DNA of 64,000 bases from Candidatus Saccharimonadales bacterium (GCA_041737385.1 JBGSRU010000002.1:397437-461436); one strand, 5' to 3'. Positions 46,154 to 55,052 are shown, counted from the stretch's first letter. Numbers and translations are program-made. The notes: a model not told the origin generated them from the letters alone.

Positions 46154-46930
46154 ATGAACAACAAAGAAACACTTTTAACTCAATTAAAGAAGTTAGGTTT
46201 GTCCGTCGATGAAGGCAAAATATATTTAGAACTTTTGAAAGAGCCAAATTCTCATCTAGAGTTAGCTAGGATAACTGGAGTAAATCGTACTAAGGTATAC
46301 CGAATTGCTGAAGAGCTACAGAAAAAAAGTCTAATAACTACCCGAACTGATGATAGAGGTACGTTTCTTATCGCAACTGACCCTTCTACCCTAGACGTCG
46401 AAATAGCCGAAAAGGAAGAAAAACTATCAAATCAAAGAGAAATATTCGCCAACATACTTCCAGAGCTAAATAAACTGCAGGCAGAAGGCCATAATGTTCC
46501 TGGCTACTTTGAAGTCAATACCTATGAGGGTGTCGATGGTATGAAACAAATGCTTTGGCACGAGCTAAAAACAAAGGGTGAAATGCTCGGGTTCGGTTCT
46601 GGGACGATCGCAGACTTAGTCGATAGTGAACGTCTTGCAGAGAGACATCGTGCAATGACTGTTAGTGCGGGATATAAAGTAAGGGAAATAATAAATCCCG
46701 GCAAAAAGCGTGAAGATTTTACAAAAAATGATGATTTCAAACAGATTTTTAATAAAAAAGTCATTCCTGAAGAAGATTTACTCTTAGAACAACAAATAAT
46801 CATTTATAACGATACTGTTGCTGTGTATAGCTGGCGCAATAATCAGCGTGTTGGGTACGAAGTAATAAATAAAGCATATAACACCATGTGGCGAAACATC
46901 TTTGAACATTATTGGCGTCTAGCTAAATAA
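46154..46930 (+). CDS. TrmB-family transcriptional regulator (paralog 1)
   Basis: N-terminal wHTH 'LKKLGLSVDEGKIYLELLKEPNSHLELARITGVNRTKVYRIAEEL'. I place the start at the ATG at 46154. Confidence 0.65.
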   Translation: MNNKETLLTQLKKLGLSVDEGKIYLELLKEPNSHLELARITGVNRTKVYRIAEELQKKSLITTRTDDRGTFLIATDPSTLDVEIAEKEEKLSNQREIFANILPELNKLQAEGHNVPGYFEVNTYEGVDGMKQMLWHELKTKGEMLGFGSGTIADLVDSERLAERHRAMTVSAGYKVREIINPGKKREDFTKNDDFKQIFNKKVIPEEDLLLEQQIIIYNDTVAVYSWRNNQRVGYEVINKAYNTMWRNIFEHYWRLAK

Positions 46931-46936
46931 ATAGTC

Positions 46937-47230
46937 GTAGCTCCTCCACCCTCTAAAGAACTGATGATAAGAATCAGCTTCTTCTGAGTAGAGCAACAAG
47001 ACTAATCTCCGAATACATAACTAAAGAACTATGAGGGGCGACCAAAGGGAGTCCTTGGTTGCGCAGAAGGAGCTGGTATTTCTTTTCAGTCACGTTTCTT
47101 TAGTGGGGTGCGGGGTTTTCGCTTACTTTTGCACCTGTAGGTAAAAGTAAGGCTGGGTATAGGCAGGCAGCTCCCATGATTTATTTTTTGGCAGCAAAAA
47201 TGAGAGTCGACCTTCGCTAGAATGCGACAA
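46937..47230 (+). repeat. mosaic intergenic repeat, copy R4 (longest, with duplicated E+F module)
   Basis: CTCTAAAGAACTGAT (46951-46965), TAACTAA (47018-47024), CGACCAAAGGGAGT, GGGGTGCGGGGTTTTCGC (47105-47122), hairpin 1 at 47124-47149, and hairpin 2 at 47179-47206 with loop GGCAGC. Confidence 0.85.
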
Positions 47231-47249
47231 AACAATTCCCCTATTTCAG

Positions 47250-47689
47250 CTAAACGGTTGTTGTGGGAGATATGTCACTGAAAACTGTTTCTGTGGGTTC
47301 ACCTTGTGTGTAATCACGCAGCCGCATCCACTTCGGAGATATCTTGAAAAACCGTGTAGATTCGTCGTTGAAGAAGTTAGCAAACTCTGGTTCAGCTAGT
47401 AACATTTTCTTTTTTGCATCATTTGCCTCCGCCCCGCTTAGTTCACCGACGTTACCGTCTATTTGAAGTGTGAATTCATGGCCCTCAGCAGTGATAACAC
47501 AAGACACGTGCGGGTTAGATATAAGGTTTTGATATTTTGATAATGCGTATAGGTGTTAATAAGCAGATCATCACCGTCTAAAACATATTCAACAGTAGCA
47601 GCTTCAGGTCTCCCTCTGGTGTCAGCCGTTGCAAGAGTCATATATTTATGCTGTTTTAGAAATTCATAGATTTTTTGCTTATCACTCAT
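47250..47689 (-). pseudogene. frameshifted pyridoxamine-5'-phosphate-oxidase-like (general stress protein 26-type) gene
   Basis: Two overlapping ORFs, 47459-47689 and 47250-47507. The frame changes near 47555-47557, where ...DGDDLLI(N) continues as HLYALSKYQNLISNPHVSCVIT in the -1 frame. Confidence 0.6.
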
Positions 47690-47716
47690 ATGTTTTTATC
47701 ATATAACGAACTTAAC

Positions 47717-48319
47717 CTACTTGCTAGTACTTAGTGCTCTTGTGTATTCAACGCCAAGCTTGTATTTAATTAGGCCAATCATCAGTATGTCTACCAAAAA
47801 AAGATATACCGGAAACGCAAAATTTGCAAAGTACCAACTATTTATAGTTAACAGTGCGATACCCGCACTAATTAGGCCCCCTAGAAATGCGTGGTAGTTT
47901 TCTGTCTCGGGGAATTTGTATGACTTAATTACAGTTGGTAACGTAGCGAGTCCGTCTGCAATTAGCGCAAAAATGATTGCGTAGTTCCCTGAACCCGTTA
48001 CCCTCCATAGCACAAGGCCGATTAACGATAAGTACCCACACGCATAATCGAACTTTGTTAGCTTCCATACGGACTTTTTGTTTATAAAACTCGCCAAGAA
48101 AATTAGTAGTGGCATAAATCCAGCCATAAATGTAGTGAGTGATCGTATTCCAACTCCCTCAGATATTTCACCGCTAACAGCAAGTAGTGGAGGAAGTGAA
48201 ACTAAGAACCATGTTGCACGATTTGGTTTAATTTTCCCCTTTATTGTGTCTTTTAGGTAGCTCAAAGTTCCTACAATACTTATCAACGCACCTAGAATTA
48301 CAAAATTCTCATTTATCAA
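47717..48319 (-). CDS. PQ-loop/SWEET-superfamily-like membrane protein (paralog 2)
   Basis: 'LSYLKDTIKGKIKPNRATW' and 'LPTVIKSYKFPETEN'. It is collinear with 44702-45280. Confidence 0.4.
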   Translation of the reverse strand: MINENFVILGALISIVGTLSYLKDTIKGKIKPNRATWFLVSLPPLLAVSGEISEGVGIRSLTTFMAGFMPLLIFLASFINKKSVWKLTKFDYACGYLSLIGLVLWRVTGSGNYAIIFALIADGLATLPTVIKSYKFPETENYHAFLGGLISAGIALLTINSWYFANFAFPVYLFLVDILMIGLIKYKLGVEYTRALSTSK

Positions 48320-48321
48320 AG

Positions 48322-48714
48322 TTACTTTACTCTCTGTTTTCTTACTTTAGTGATTTCTTCAGCAATTTTAGTTTGTCTTTGTAGTCTAAAAAGCTTCCAT
48401 TGTGGAATTTCTGCTTCATAATAGTCGGTAATCTTATTTTTGATAACAGAATCAAGATAAGTTTCTAACATCTCCTCTGCACTATCATTATCGTAAGGTT
48501 CATTTTTACCGATTAACAATAAAGTTGTGTCAAAAAAACCATCATAAATAACTGACCGTCCCAGAACAGTAGCGACTCCATAAGTTCTTAGGTCATTTCT
48601 AATACCAAACTGTACAAAATCTCTACCATGTAGAATGGGGGTATAGGCATGCTCCCAGCCGATCTGGGGACAAACAGGTACTTCAAACCCTCTAAATGTT
48701 ATCGATTCACTCAT
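48322..48714 (-). CDS. hypothetical protein
   Basis: I place the start at M26 (48714), which has GGAG 7 nt upstream. It is 130 aa with no motif I recognise. Confidence 0.4.
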   Translation of the reverse strand: MSESITFRGFEVPVCPQIGWEHAYTPILHGRDFVQFGIRNDLRTYGVATVLGRSVIYDGFFDTTLLLIGKNEPYDNDSAEEMLETYLDSVIKNKITDYYEAEIPQWKLFRLQRQTKIAEEITKVRKQRVK

Positions 48715-48815
48715 AATTAACTCCTTACAGGAACAGATTATTACAGATTTTGGTACTTTAGTAAAAATGTTGTCTGGAATTGCAGACATATTTATGCTAT
48801 ACTTATACCCTACCT

Positions 48816-49601
48816 ATGGATAAGTCATTAAAGAAAAAAGTTGTCACATTTCTCAAACAAGTTGGGTTAAATGACGAGCAAGCAGCTATCTATATCTATT
48901 TACAAGAGACCGGCCCGAATACAGTACTGTCTATCAGCAGAGGCCTGCAAACAGGTCGTACGAAGCTCTACCCTGCTTTAGAGGAGATGGTTGAAAAACA
49001 GGTTGTCGCAATACACGAGCGTCATTATGGAACTACCTACGAGGCACTACCCCCTGAAAACTTAGAATTCCTTGTATCTGAATATGAAAGACGAGCCAGC
49101 GGACTCAGGCACAACCTTAAAGCTGCTATAAGCGCTCTGAACACTTCAAGAGACCAATCACCTAATAACTCCAAAATTATTGAGTACAAAGGGCTTGAGG
49201 GCTTAAAACAGGTTAATTTTAACCTCATGAAAGCTGAAAAAGAATACTATGTGTTCGAAAAGGCTAATCTGGTGGACCATCCAGGCATGACAAAGCATTT
49301 TGTTGATAAAATGCACCAGCTTCAAGTTGAGAAAGGTTTGCAGAGCTACGACCTAACAAACAGCCCGAACTGGACCGTAAACACAACAACCGATGGTCTA
49401 GAAAAACTAAGTAAAGCTCGATATATCGATCCTCAAGTGTTCGAGATACAGTTTGAAACGTATATTTACAATAATGTCGTCACTTTGCTCAGCTATAACC
49501 CTGAAGATATTCTCTGTGTTGAGATCCATAATCCTGCTCTTGCGGCGCAGCAAAAGCAGTTGTTCATGTTGGCGTGGAATTCCGCAGTAAGCATAAAATA
49601 A
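48816..49601 (+). CDS. TrmB-family transcriptional regulator (paralog 2)
   Basis: 'LKQVGLNDEQAAIYIYLQETGPNTVLSISRGLQTGRTKLYPALEEM'. The C-terminal domain aligns with 46154-46930 ('YKGLEGLKQV' vs 'YEGVDGMKQM'). Confidence 0.6.
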   Translation: MDKSLKKKVVTFLKQVGLNDEQAAIYIYLQETGPNTVLSISRGLQTGRTKLYPALEEMVEKQVVAIHERHYGTTYEALPPENLEFLVSEYERRASGLRHNLKAAISALNTSRDQSPNNSKIIEYKGLEGLKQVNFNLMKAEKEYYVFEKANLVDHPGMTKHFVDKMHQLQVEKGLQSYDLTNSPNWTVNTTTDGLEKLSKARYIDPQVFEIQFETYIYNNVVTLLSYNPEDILCVEIHNPALAAQQKQLFMLAWNSAVSIK

Positions 49602-49625
49602 GAATTGATAACTTACGTGCTTGAT

Positions 49626-50003
49626 TCAAAGTAAAAGTTTCTTTATATCAGGATCAAACAAAACATCTACAATATTTCTACTCACAAACTCACTTAAAAC
49701 ACTTCTGCCCGTTTTTGTTAGCCGGAATATTTTCTGTTTTGGGCCAGTCGGGTTTTCTCGCTCTGAAAATGCAATTAGGTCTGCCTCCTCGAAACGCCTT
49801 AGGGCCCTGTACATACTTTTGTCGTCAGCTTGCATAGTGCCGTTTGTCTTTTCATGCATGAATTCTTTTATCTCAGCCATATATTTGTGACCGTCCTTCA
49901 AGGCGAGCAATACCCAGAGCGTGAGCTGGCTTTTTTTGTAGGTATCTTCCCACCCCTCAAGCAGCGTTGTCTCGTAATCGGACAAACTCATGCTACCATC
50001 CAA
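49626..50003 (-). CDS. PadR family transcriptional regulator
   Basis: 'WVLLALKDGHKYMAEIKEFM...SMYRALRRFEEADLI'. Alternative start at 49991. Confidence 0.75.
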   Translation of the reverse strand: MDGSMSLSDYETTLLEGWEDTYKKSQLTLWVLLALKDGHKYMAEIKEFMHEKTNGTMQADDKSMYRALRRFEEADLIAFSERENPTGPKQKIFRLTKTGRSVLSEFVSRNIVDVLFDPDIKKLLL

Positions 50004-50895
50004 AGACTTTTTTAGCTTTTTTCGGCGTAATTACTTGTTCTAATAGTTCTTTGTTGAACTGTTTTGGTGCTTTGCCACTCACTGCATATTCATATAGCCC
50101 AGCTTTAATCACCGTGCTCATGGCTACGATCACCACCATTAACACGGTGATTGCCACAAACCCTGAACCCAAAGAAAGTGCAATAATCATGTCGGTGTTT
50201 GCACTAAAAAGTGAGGTAATAATAGCGACAGACATAGCTAACGTTCCAGCAGATATAACACCTAGAAGAGTTACCGCCATCAGACCCAGGTTTACACGAA
50301 CATTGTCACCAAATGATTTTTTCACTAGCTTAGCCGACTCACTAACAGCGGTGAATGGTTTATTCTGACCTTTGTCTACGATTACTGCTACTGAGAACAT
50401 GGACGCAATTGCCCATGCAACACTACCTAACCAAGCGATAATTTTCCCACCTACAAATGGTATTCGATCCTGCAAAGTATTTAAAACAGCTCCAATTGTT
50501 AACGAGATAATGCTAAATAATAATACTGGTTTTGCGCGGCGTCGGAGTTGAGAAATTATAGTTCGGTGGCTTTTCTTTTCGCCACGAAAGTATGACAATG
50601 CAACTAATAGCACATAAGCATTGAAAAACTCACTGATCACAGCGAGAACAATGAAAGTAACAAGCAATATTACATACCCAATAGGCTGTAAAGTGAAACT
50701 TGTGGATGATTCAATCTGGGTGTCGACAACAGTAGATTCAATAATTGCCCCTGTAAATATTGCATACCCTGCTACAACCAAAATTAGATAGATAAGTAGC
50801 GTGCCGAAAACTTCCGCTTTCAGTATTCTTTTGTCTTTTTTAATAACTTGCCATGCCGAAGCGATCAATCCACCTGTTTTTAGTGAGCCAAACAT
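49993..50895 (-). CDS. polytopic membrane protein, function unknown
   Basis: 300 aa with about 6 TM helices, immediately upstream of and overlapping the PadR gene. Confidence 0.5.
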   Translation of the reverse strand: MFGSLKTGGLIASAWQVIKKDKRILKAEVFGTLLIYLILVVAGYAIFTGAIIESTVVDTQIESSTSFTLQPIGYVILLVTFIVLAVISEFFNAYVLLVALSYFRGEKKSHRTIISQLRRRAKPVLLFSIISLTIGAVLNTLQDRIPFVGGKIIAWLGSVAWAIASMFSVAVIVDKGQNKPFTAVSESAKLVKKSFGDNVRVNLGLMAVTLLGVISAGTLAMSVAIITSLFSANTDMIIALSLGSGFVAITVLMVVIVAMSTVIKAGLYEYAVSGKAPKQFNKELLEQVITPKKAKKVFGW

Positions 50896-50967
50896 ACTTT
50901 ATATATTTCCTTATTGATTATTGTATACCGTAAGTATACTACCATAGGTATACTATGTCAATGTATT

Positions 50968-51681
50968 TTATGTGTTGTAGTCTTTTGAAAATACGATTTT
51001 TTCCATGTACATATCTTTTGGTCTGGTTAATCCAAAAACGAGTACCTCTGCAACATCCCTCGTCTGCATCATCCATGGCTCGTTATGGGCATCTTTGTTC
51101 CCTGCTGTTTCAAACAAATCACTCTCAAATCCACCTGGGTGAAACTCTATGACTTGAACTTTTTTAGCTTCAAGAGACTTTTTTAATGCTTTGCTATAGC
51201 CCGTGACTGCCCATTTACTAGCTTGATATGTATGCCAATCACCACTGATACTATCCTTGCTCTCATCAGTCCCCGCAACTGATATCACATTAAGTACTCT
51301 TCCCTGCTCAGCTTTTTCTAAGTACGGTATGCAAGCTTTAGTAAATTCAATCACCCCTAAAACATTTGTACGAATAATTTGTTCTCGAAGCTCTGGCTTA
51401 TCTTTCTCAAGTATTTCTTCAGTCCATTGACCTGCAGCATTAACTAAATAGTCTATACCACCCATTTCTTGATTTATTAACTCAGCTATCTGAGATGTTT
51501 GGTCTCTATCTGCGACGTCACATTCGAAAACAAATGCATTGTCGCCAATTTCTTTAGCTACTGCGTCAAGCTTAAATTTTGTTCTTCCAACTAAGCCTAC
51601 TCTGTGACCTAGCTTCACGAGTTGCCTTGCAGTTTCAGCACCGAGTCCACTCCCCGCACCAGTAATAACAATATTTTTCAT
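50968..51681 (-). CDS. short-chain dehydrogenase/reductase
   Basis: 'ITGAGSGLGAETA' and 'YQASKWAV'. The start at 51681 overlaps the upstream stop as ATGA. Confidence 0.85.
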   Translation of the reverse strand: MKNIVITGAGSGLGAETARQLVKLGHRVGLVGRTKFKLDAVAKEIGDNAFVFECDVADRDQTSQIAELINQEMGGIDYLVNAAGQWTEEILEKDKPELREQIIRTNVLGVIEFTKACIPYLEKAEQGRVLNVISVAGTDESKDSISGDWHTYQASKWAVTGYSKALKKSLEAKKVQVIEFHPGGFESDLFETAGNKDAHNEPWMMQTRDVAEVLVFGLTRPKDMYMEKIVFSKDYNT

Positions 51682-52019
51682 CTCACAACCTCCTGACTCC
51701 AAGCAGCACCTAGAGGCTCCGCTACAACGAGACAGGAGTATTTACCCTGATAATCGGTTTCATCTAGTATGCTACCTATAGATATCATAAAAACTTTTTG
51801 CACTTCTGCAATTTTTTGATCTGTCCAGAAATCATCTCTACGAAATCTTACATCAGCGTGTAACTTATTCGCATTTACTAGCACATCGGTTTTGAACCTA
51901 CGCACCTCAACATCGTGTTGGAAATCTCCCGATAAGAAATCTTCACGCATTTTCTCTGCAATCTGTTGAGCAACATACTGGGGGAAATCTTCTTCTGTAT
52001 ATAGGCTAATTATTGGCAT
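51678..52019 (-). CDS. hypothetical protein, possibly tautomerase-like with N-terminal Pro
   Basis: 113 aa beginning 'MPIISLY...'. It is operonic with the SDR and PNPOx-like genes. Confidence 0.35.
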   Translation of the reverse strand: MPIISLYTEEDFPQYVAQQIAEKMREDFLSGDFQHDVEVRRFKTDVLVNANKLHADVRFRRDDFWTDQKIAEVQKVFMISIGSILDETDYQGKYSCLVVAEPLGAAWSQEVVR

Positions 52020-52479
52020 TTTCGTTCCATTCTAGTTTATATTTTTCGCCGTGTTCTCCATCAAATTTGCCAAAAATATACCAGTTTTTAACCGATATTT
52101 TATAGAACTGATGCCCGCCATCTGCTGCTTCAGCAATATAGTCTTTGTCAGTCGTCTGAAGTCTTTTTTTGATACATTCATTTGCAAGGTTCTGTTCGGC
52201 TCCCGCTTCTAGCAGAGTTGCTACGCCTTCAAAATAAAGGCCGAGCGGATAATCTTTCAGACCGTGTTTATCGATGATGTTTCCCGCTACGTTTGGGTTG
52301 GCAGAAATCTCTTGACTGTGTCGCCTCGTTTTCAGTGAACGCCAATATAGGTTTAAGCCTTCATCATAGCCAAAATGCACTTCAGATACCCACGGCGCAT
52401 TACCACTAACTGTCGCAAGTGACATATGAAACGTTCTATCAATGTTTTCTCTCACTATTTTTTCAACATCTACACTCAT
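52006..52479 (-). CDS. pyridoxamine-5'-phosphate-oxidase-like FMN-binding protein
   Basis: 'FHMSLATVSGNAPWVSEVHFGYDEGLNLYWRSLKTRRHSQEISANPNVAG'. Confidence 0.65.
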   Translation of the reverse strand: MSVDVEKIVRENIDRTFHMSLATVSGNAPWVSEVHFGYDEGLNLYWRSLKTRRHSQEISANPNVAGNIIDKHGLKDYPLGLYFEGVATLLEAGAEQNLANECIKKRLQTTDKDYIAEAADGGHQFYKISVKNWYIFGKFDGEHGEKYKLEWNENANN

Positions 52480-53678
52480 ACTTTTATTGTAGCACTGGTT
52501 TTTCGTTTGCTGTAGCGGGAGTAGACAAACGCCAGAAACATGGCTACGAGCATAGCTCCACTCATCCCTGCTAGAAATTCTGTCAATCTTCCTTCATTTG
52601 AAAGAGCACCTATTATAGGAGCAATCAATACGTAGGGCGCGTTCTGCAATAGTGCTAGTGTAGAAAGTGAAGTAGCTCGATGACTCGACGGCACCCGCGA
52701 CTGTACGGCATCATTTAGTATTGGTGCAATAAGATCATTTGAAACGATTATCATGATAAAAACTACAGCGCCCAATATAAGTCCTCCGTTCACGACAGAA
52801 AGTAAAAAACCTGTTGTCATAATAGAAGCAAGAACGAATAGACTGTTATTTTCACCAAAGTAACGCTTTAAACTTTCGATTTTTGTAAGTGCCAATACCG
52901 AAACGATACTTCCAACAGTCAGCATAATCGTCTGCCCGACTTCAAAATACCCAAACTTATCAAGTACTAGCGGACGTATCAAGCCATAGTTAAATGCACT
53001 ACCTGCGCCCAATATGAATAGTGCTATAAATACATAAGAAATCATCGAACGCCGCAGCAAATGACGAGACCCGTCATATATCTGCAACAAGTAATTAGAA
53101 GATTTATGTTCTTCTTTTTTAGTGTCAAAATTTTCTTTGAACCCTAGTCCGATGAAAAGCGCCAGTAGCAGAATTATGGCCTGCAGAATAAACGGAATTC
53201 TTACATTCCATTGATATATAATACCTCCGATAAGATATGCAGTAATGTTAGCTACTATAATTATCTGGTGCTTGCGGGCTATCACCTTTTTCCAACGAGA
53301 TTTTTTACCTTCAGCCACTAGTGAATCATATACTAACGCATCGTCTGCCCCAGAGACCAACGAGAAACCAATTGTCATCATCGTCACACCAATCAAAATA
53401 TCCCAATATCCATTCGCGAAACCTTGAAGAAAAAATCCACCTGAAACAAAAAGTAATCCTAAATTCACCAATCTTTTACGTCCTATAAAATCAGCCAGCG
53501 CGCCGGAAGGAATCTCAGCAAGGAATCCAATACCAAACGCTAGTCCATCAATCACTCCAATTTGATAGTCATCAACAAAAATACGATAAAAGTACAACCA
53601 TATTGCGCCTACAAGCATTGCGTGAATGAAAGCAGTTATCCAGTAGAGTCTTCTAACGTTTGCTTCAGCTGGTGACAC
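52476..53678 (-). CDS. MFS transporter
   Basis: 400 aa with about 12 TM helices, 'ADFIGRKR' (an MFS motif-A-like sequence), and a GTG start sharing 1 nt with the upstream stop. Confidence 0.8.
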   Translation of the reverse strand: MSPAEANVRRLYWITAFIHAMLVGAIWLYFYRIFVDDYQIGVIDGLAFGIGFLAEIPSGALADFIGRKRLVNLGLLFVSGGFFLQGFANGYWDILIGVTMMTIGFSLVSGADDALVYDSLVAEGKKSRWKKVIARKHQIIIVANITAYLIGGIIYQWNVRIPFILQAIILLLALFIGLGFKENFDTKKEEHKSSNYLLQIYDGSRHLLRRSMISYVFIALFILGAGSAFNYGLIRPLVLDKFGYFEVGQTIMLTVGSIVSVLALTKIESLKRYFGENNSLFVLASIMTTGFLLSVVNGGLILGAVVFIMIIVSNDLIAPILNDAVQSRVPSSHRATSLSTLALLQNAPYVLIAPIIGALSNEGRLTEFLAGMSGAMLVAMFLAFVYSRYSKRKTSATIKV

Positions 53679-54208
53679 TACGATAGTTCCTGAACAATAT
53701 CCTGACAGCGTTTTCTGATAGATTGCTCTGTTAGCTCAAGCCCACTATCAGTTTGAGTGAAATCTGATTTACAGGTTCCGATCAAACTCTCATGTACTCG
53801 TCCACCCATAGTTCTACCAACTATAACTAGTTCTTGAGCTGCTTGCATTGCATTTCGAGGACCTGATGCATTACTTGAAAGCAAAATAATCTTACCCGCG
53901 AATGCATCACCATCAAGATTATCTAAAGCTAGTTTAAGCAGCCCTGAATATGAACCATGATAGAGCGGCGTACCGAGCACAATAATATCCGCGTCTTTTA
54001 CTTTTTGAGCAAATGCTTTGACTTTTTCATCCGGAGATTGCATTGCGTCTGCATGATACACAGGATCATTTATTGGCAAGACAGAGTTAATAAGATCTAC
54101 TGTTTCACATTCAGCGCCCTGTTGAGAAAAATGAATTTCTAAGTAATCTAGCAATGCTCTCGTATGAGAAAAATTGGCAGGCGAACCATTTATAAGTAGA
54201 ACATTCAT
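53678..54208 (-). CDS. NAD(P)H-dependent FMN reductase (flavodoxin-like fold)
   Basis: 'MNVLLINGSPANFSHTRAL' and 'IIVLGTPLYHGSYSGLLK'. Confidence 0.65.
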   Translation of the reverse strand: MNVLLINGSPANFSHTRALLDYLEIHFSQQGAECETVDLINSVLPINDPVYHADAMQSPDEKVKAFAQKVKDADIIVLGTPLYHGSYSGLLKLALDNLDGDAFAGKIILLSSNASGPRNAMQAAQELVIVGRTMGGRVHESLIGTCKSDFTQTDSGLELTEQSIRKRCQDIVQELS

Positions 54209-54236
54209 CCAATAGAGTATATACCAGCTGCAGAAA

Positions 54237-54752
54237 TTATAGAATTATTTGGACTGAAGCAGGAAGTTTTGCGCGAATACCTTCGAGGTCTTGTTGGCTC
54301 GGGTTATTGCCGCTTAGGTCAAACACTTCAAGATTTTTTAGGTTTCCTAATTCGTTTGGAAGTCCTGTAATGTTGTTATTGGCATAGTTAATAATACGCA
54401 AACTAGTCATTTGGCCAATTTCTGCTGGGATTCCAGTCATGTTGTTATCGCTCACATTTAATATTTCCAGTTTCTTTAGATCTTTAATCTCTGCAGGCAA
54501 CGAACCGGTCAGATTATTTCCTGACAAGTCGAGTTCTGTCGCATCAGTTTTACTTAAAATATCTTCAGGAAACTCAGTGTAACCTTTATCTGCATAGTCC
54601 AGTTTAGCCCCCGAAGTAGTAGTACTAACTTGGTTTGTAGCAGATGAGTCTATTGGGTCTTGAATTGGTGCGGTTGCCTCTTCTCGGGTAAAATACAGAG
54701 TTCCGAAAACTGAAGCTAGGATTATAAGTACAACTATTGATGCGTTCTTCAT
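54237..54752 (-). CDS. secreted leucine-rich-repeat protein
   Basis: A signal peptide followed by about 5 LRRs ('LDLSGNNLTGSLPAEI', 'LNVSDNNMTGIPAEI' and others). Confidence 0.75.
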   Translation of the reverse strand: MKNASIVVLIILASVFGTLYFTREEATAPIQDPIDSSATNQVSTTTSGAKLDYADKGYTEFPEDILSKTDATELDLSGNNLTGSLPAEIKDLKKLEILNVSDNNMTGIPAEIGQMTSLRIINYANNNITGLPNELGNLKNLEVFDLSGNNPSQQDLEGIRAKLPASVQIIL

Positions 54753-54809
54753 ATCCTCATTATACTCCGCTTGAAATGTATTTTAGGATTTAGAACGTTT
54801 TACTCTTGT

Positions 54810-55052
54810 TTAAGCAGTTTCTAAATCTATAATTCTAACTTCGTGGTTAGTGAGTTGTTTGCTCTGATCCGTAACTACTGTTTTGATTTTTTTCACATCA
54901 GATTTAACTGTTTGTATGTCTTCTATCAAAACACTTGTGTCTTCTTGAAGCTTTTTTATTGGTTGCATCATCTCCAACAATAAATCAAACTTACTGTTCA
55001 TTTCTTCAAGCAATACATTTGTGTAGTCTTTGTCTTCTTTACTCATAACCAT
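54810..55052 (-). CDS. hypothetical coiled-coil protein
   Basis: 80-aa ORF with a heptad-like charged sequence. Confidence 0.35.
   Translation of the reverse strand: MVMSKEDKDYTNVLLEEMNSKFDLLLEMMQPIKKLQEDTSVLIEDIQTVKSDVKKIKTVVTDQSKQLTNHEVRIIDLETA

Noticed and set aside
46958-46964. Hammerhead-ribozyme core CUGAUGA in repeat copy R4
   Set aside because: The motif is not conserved in the other copies (R2 has CTGATTA). No stem II followed by a GAAA element and a cleavage triplet could be assembled.
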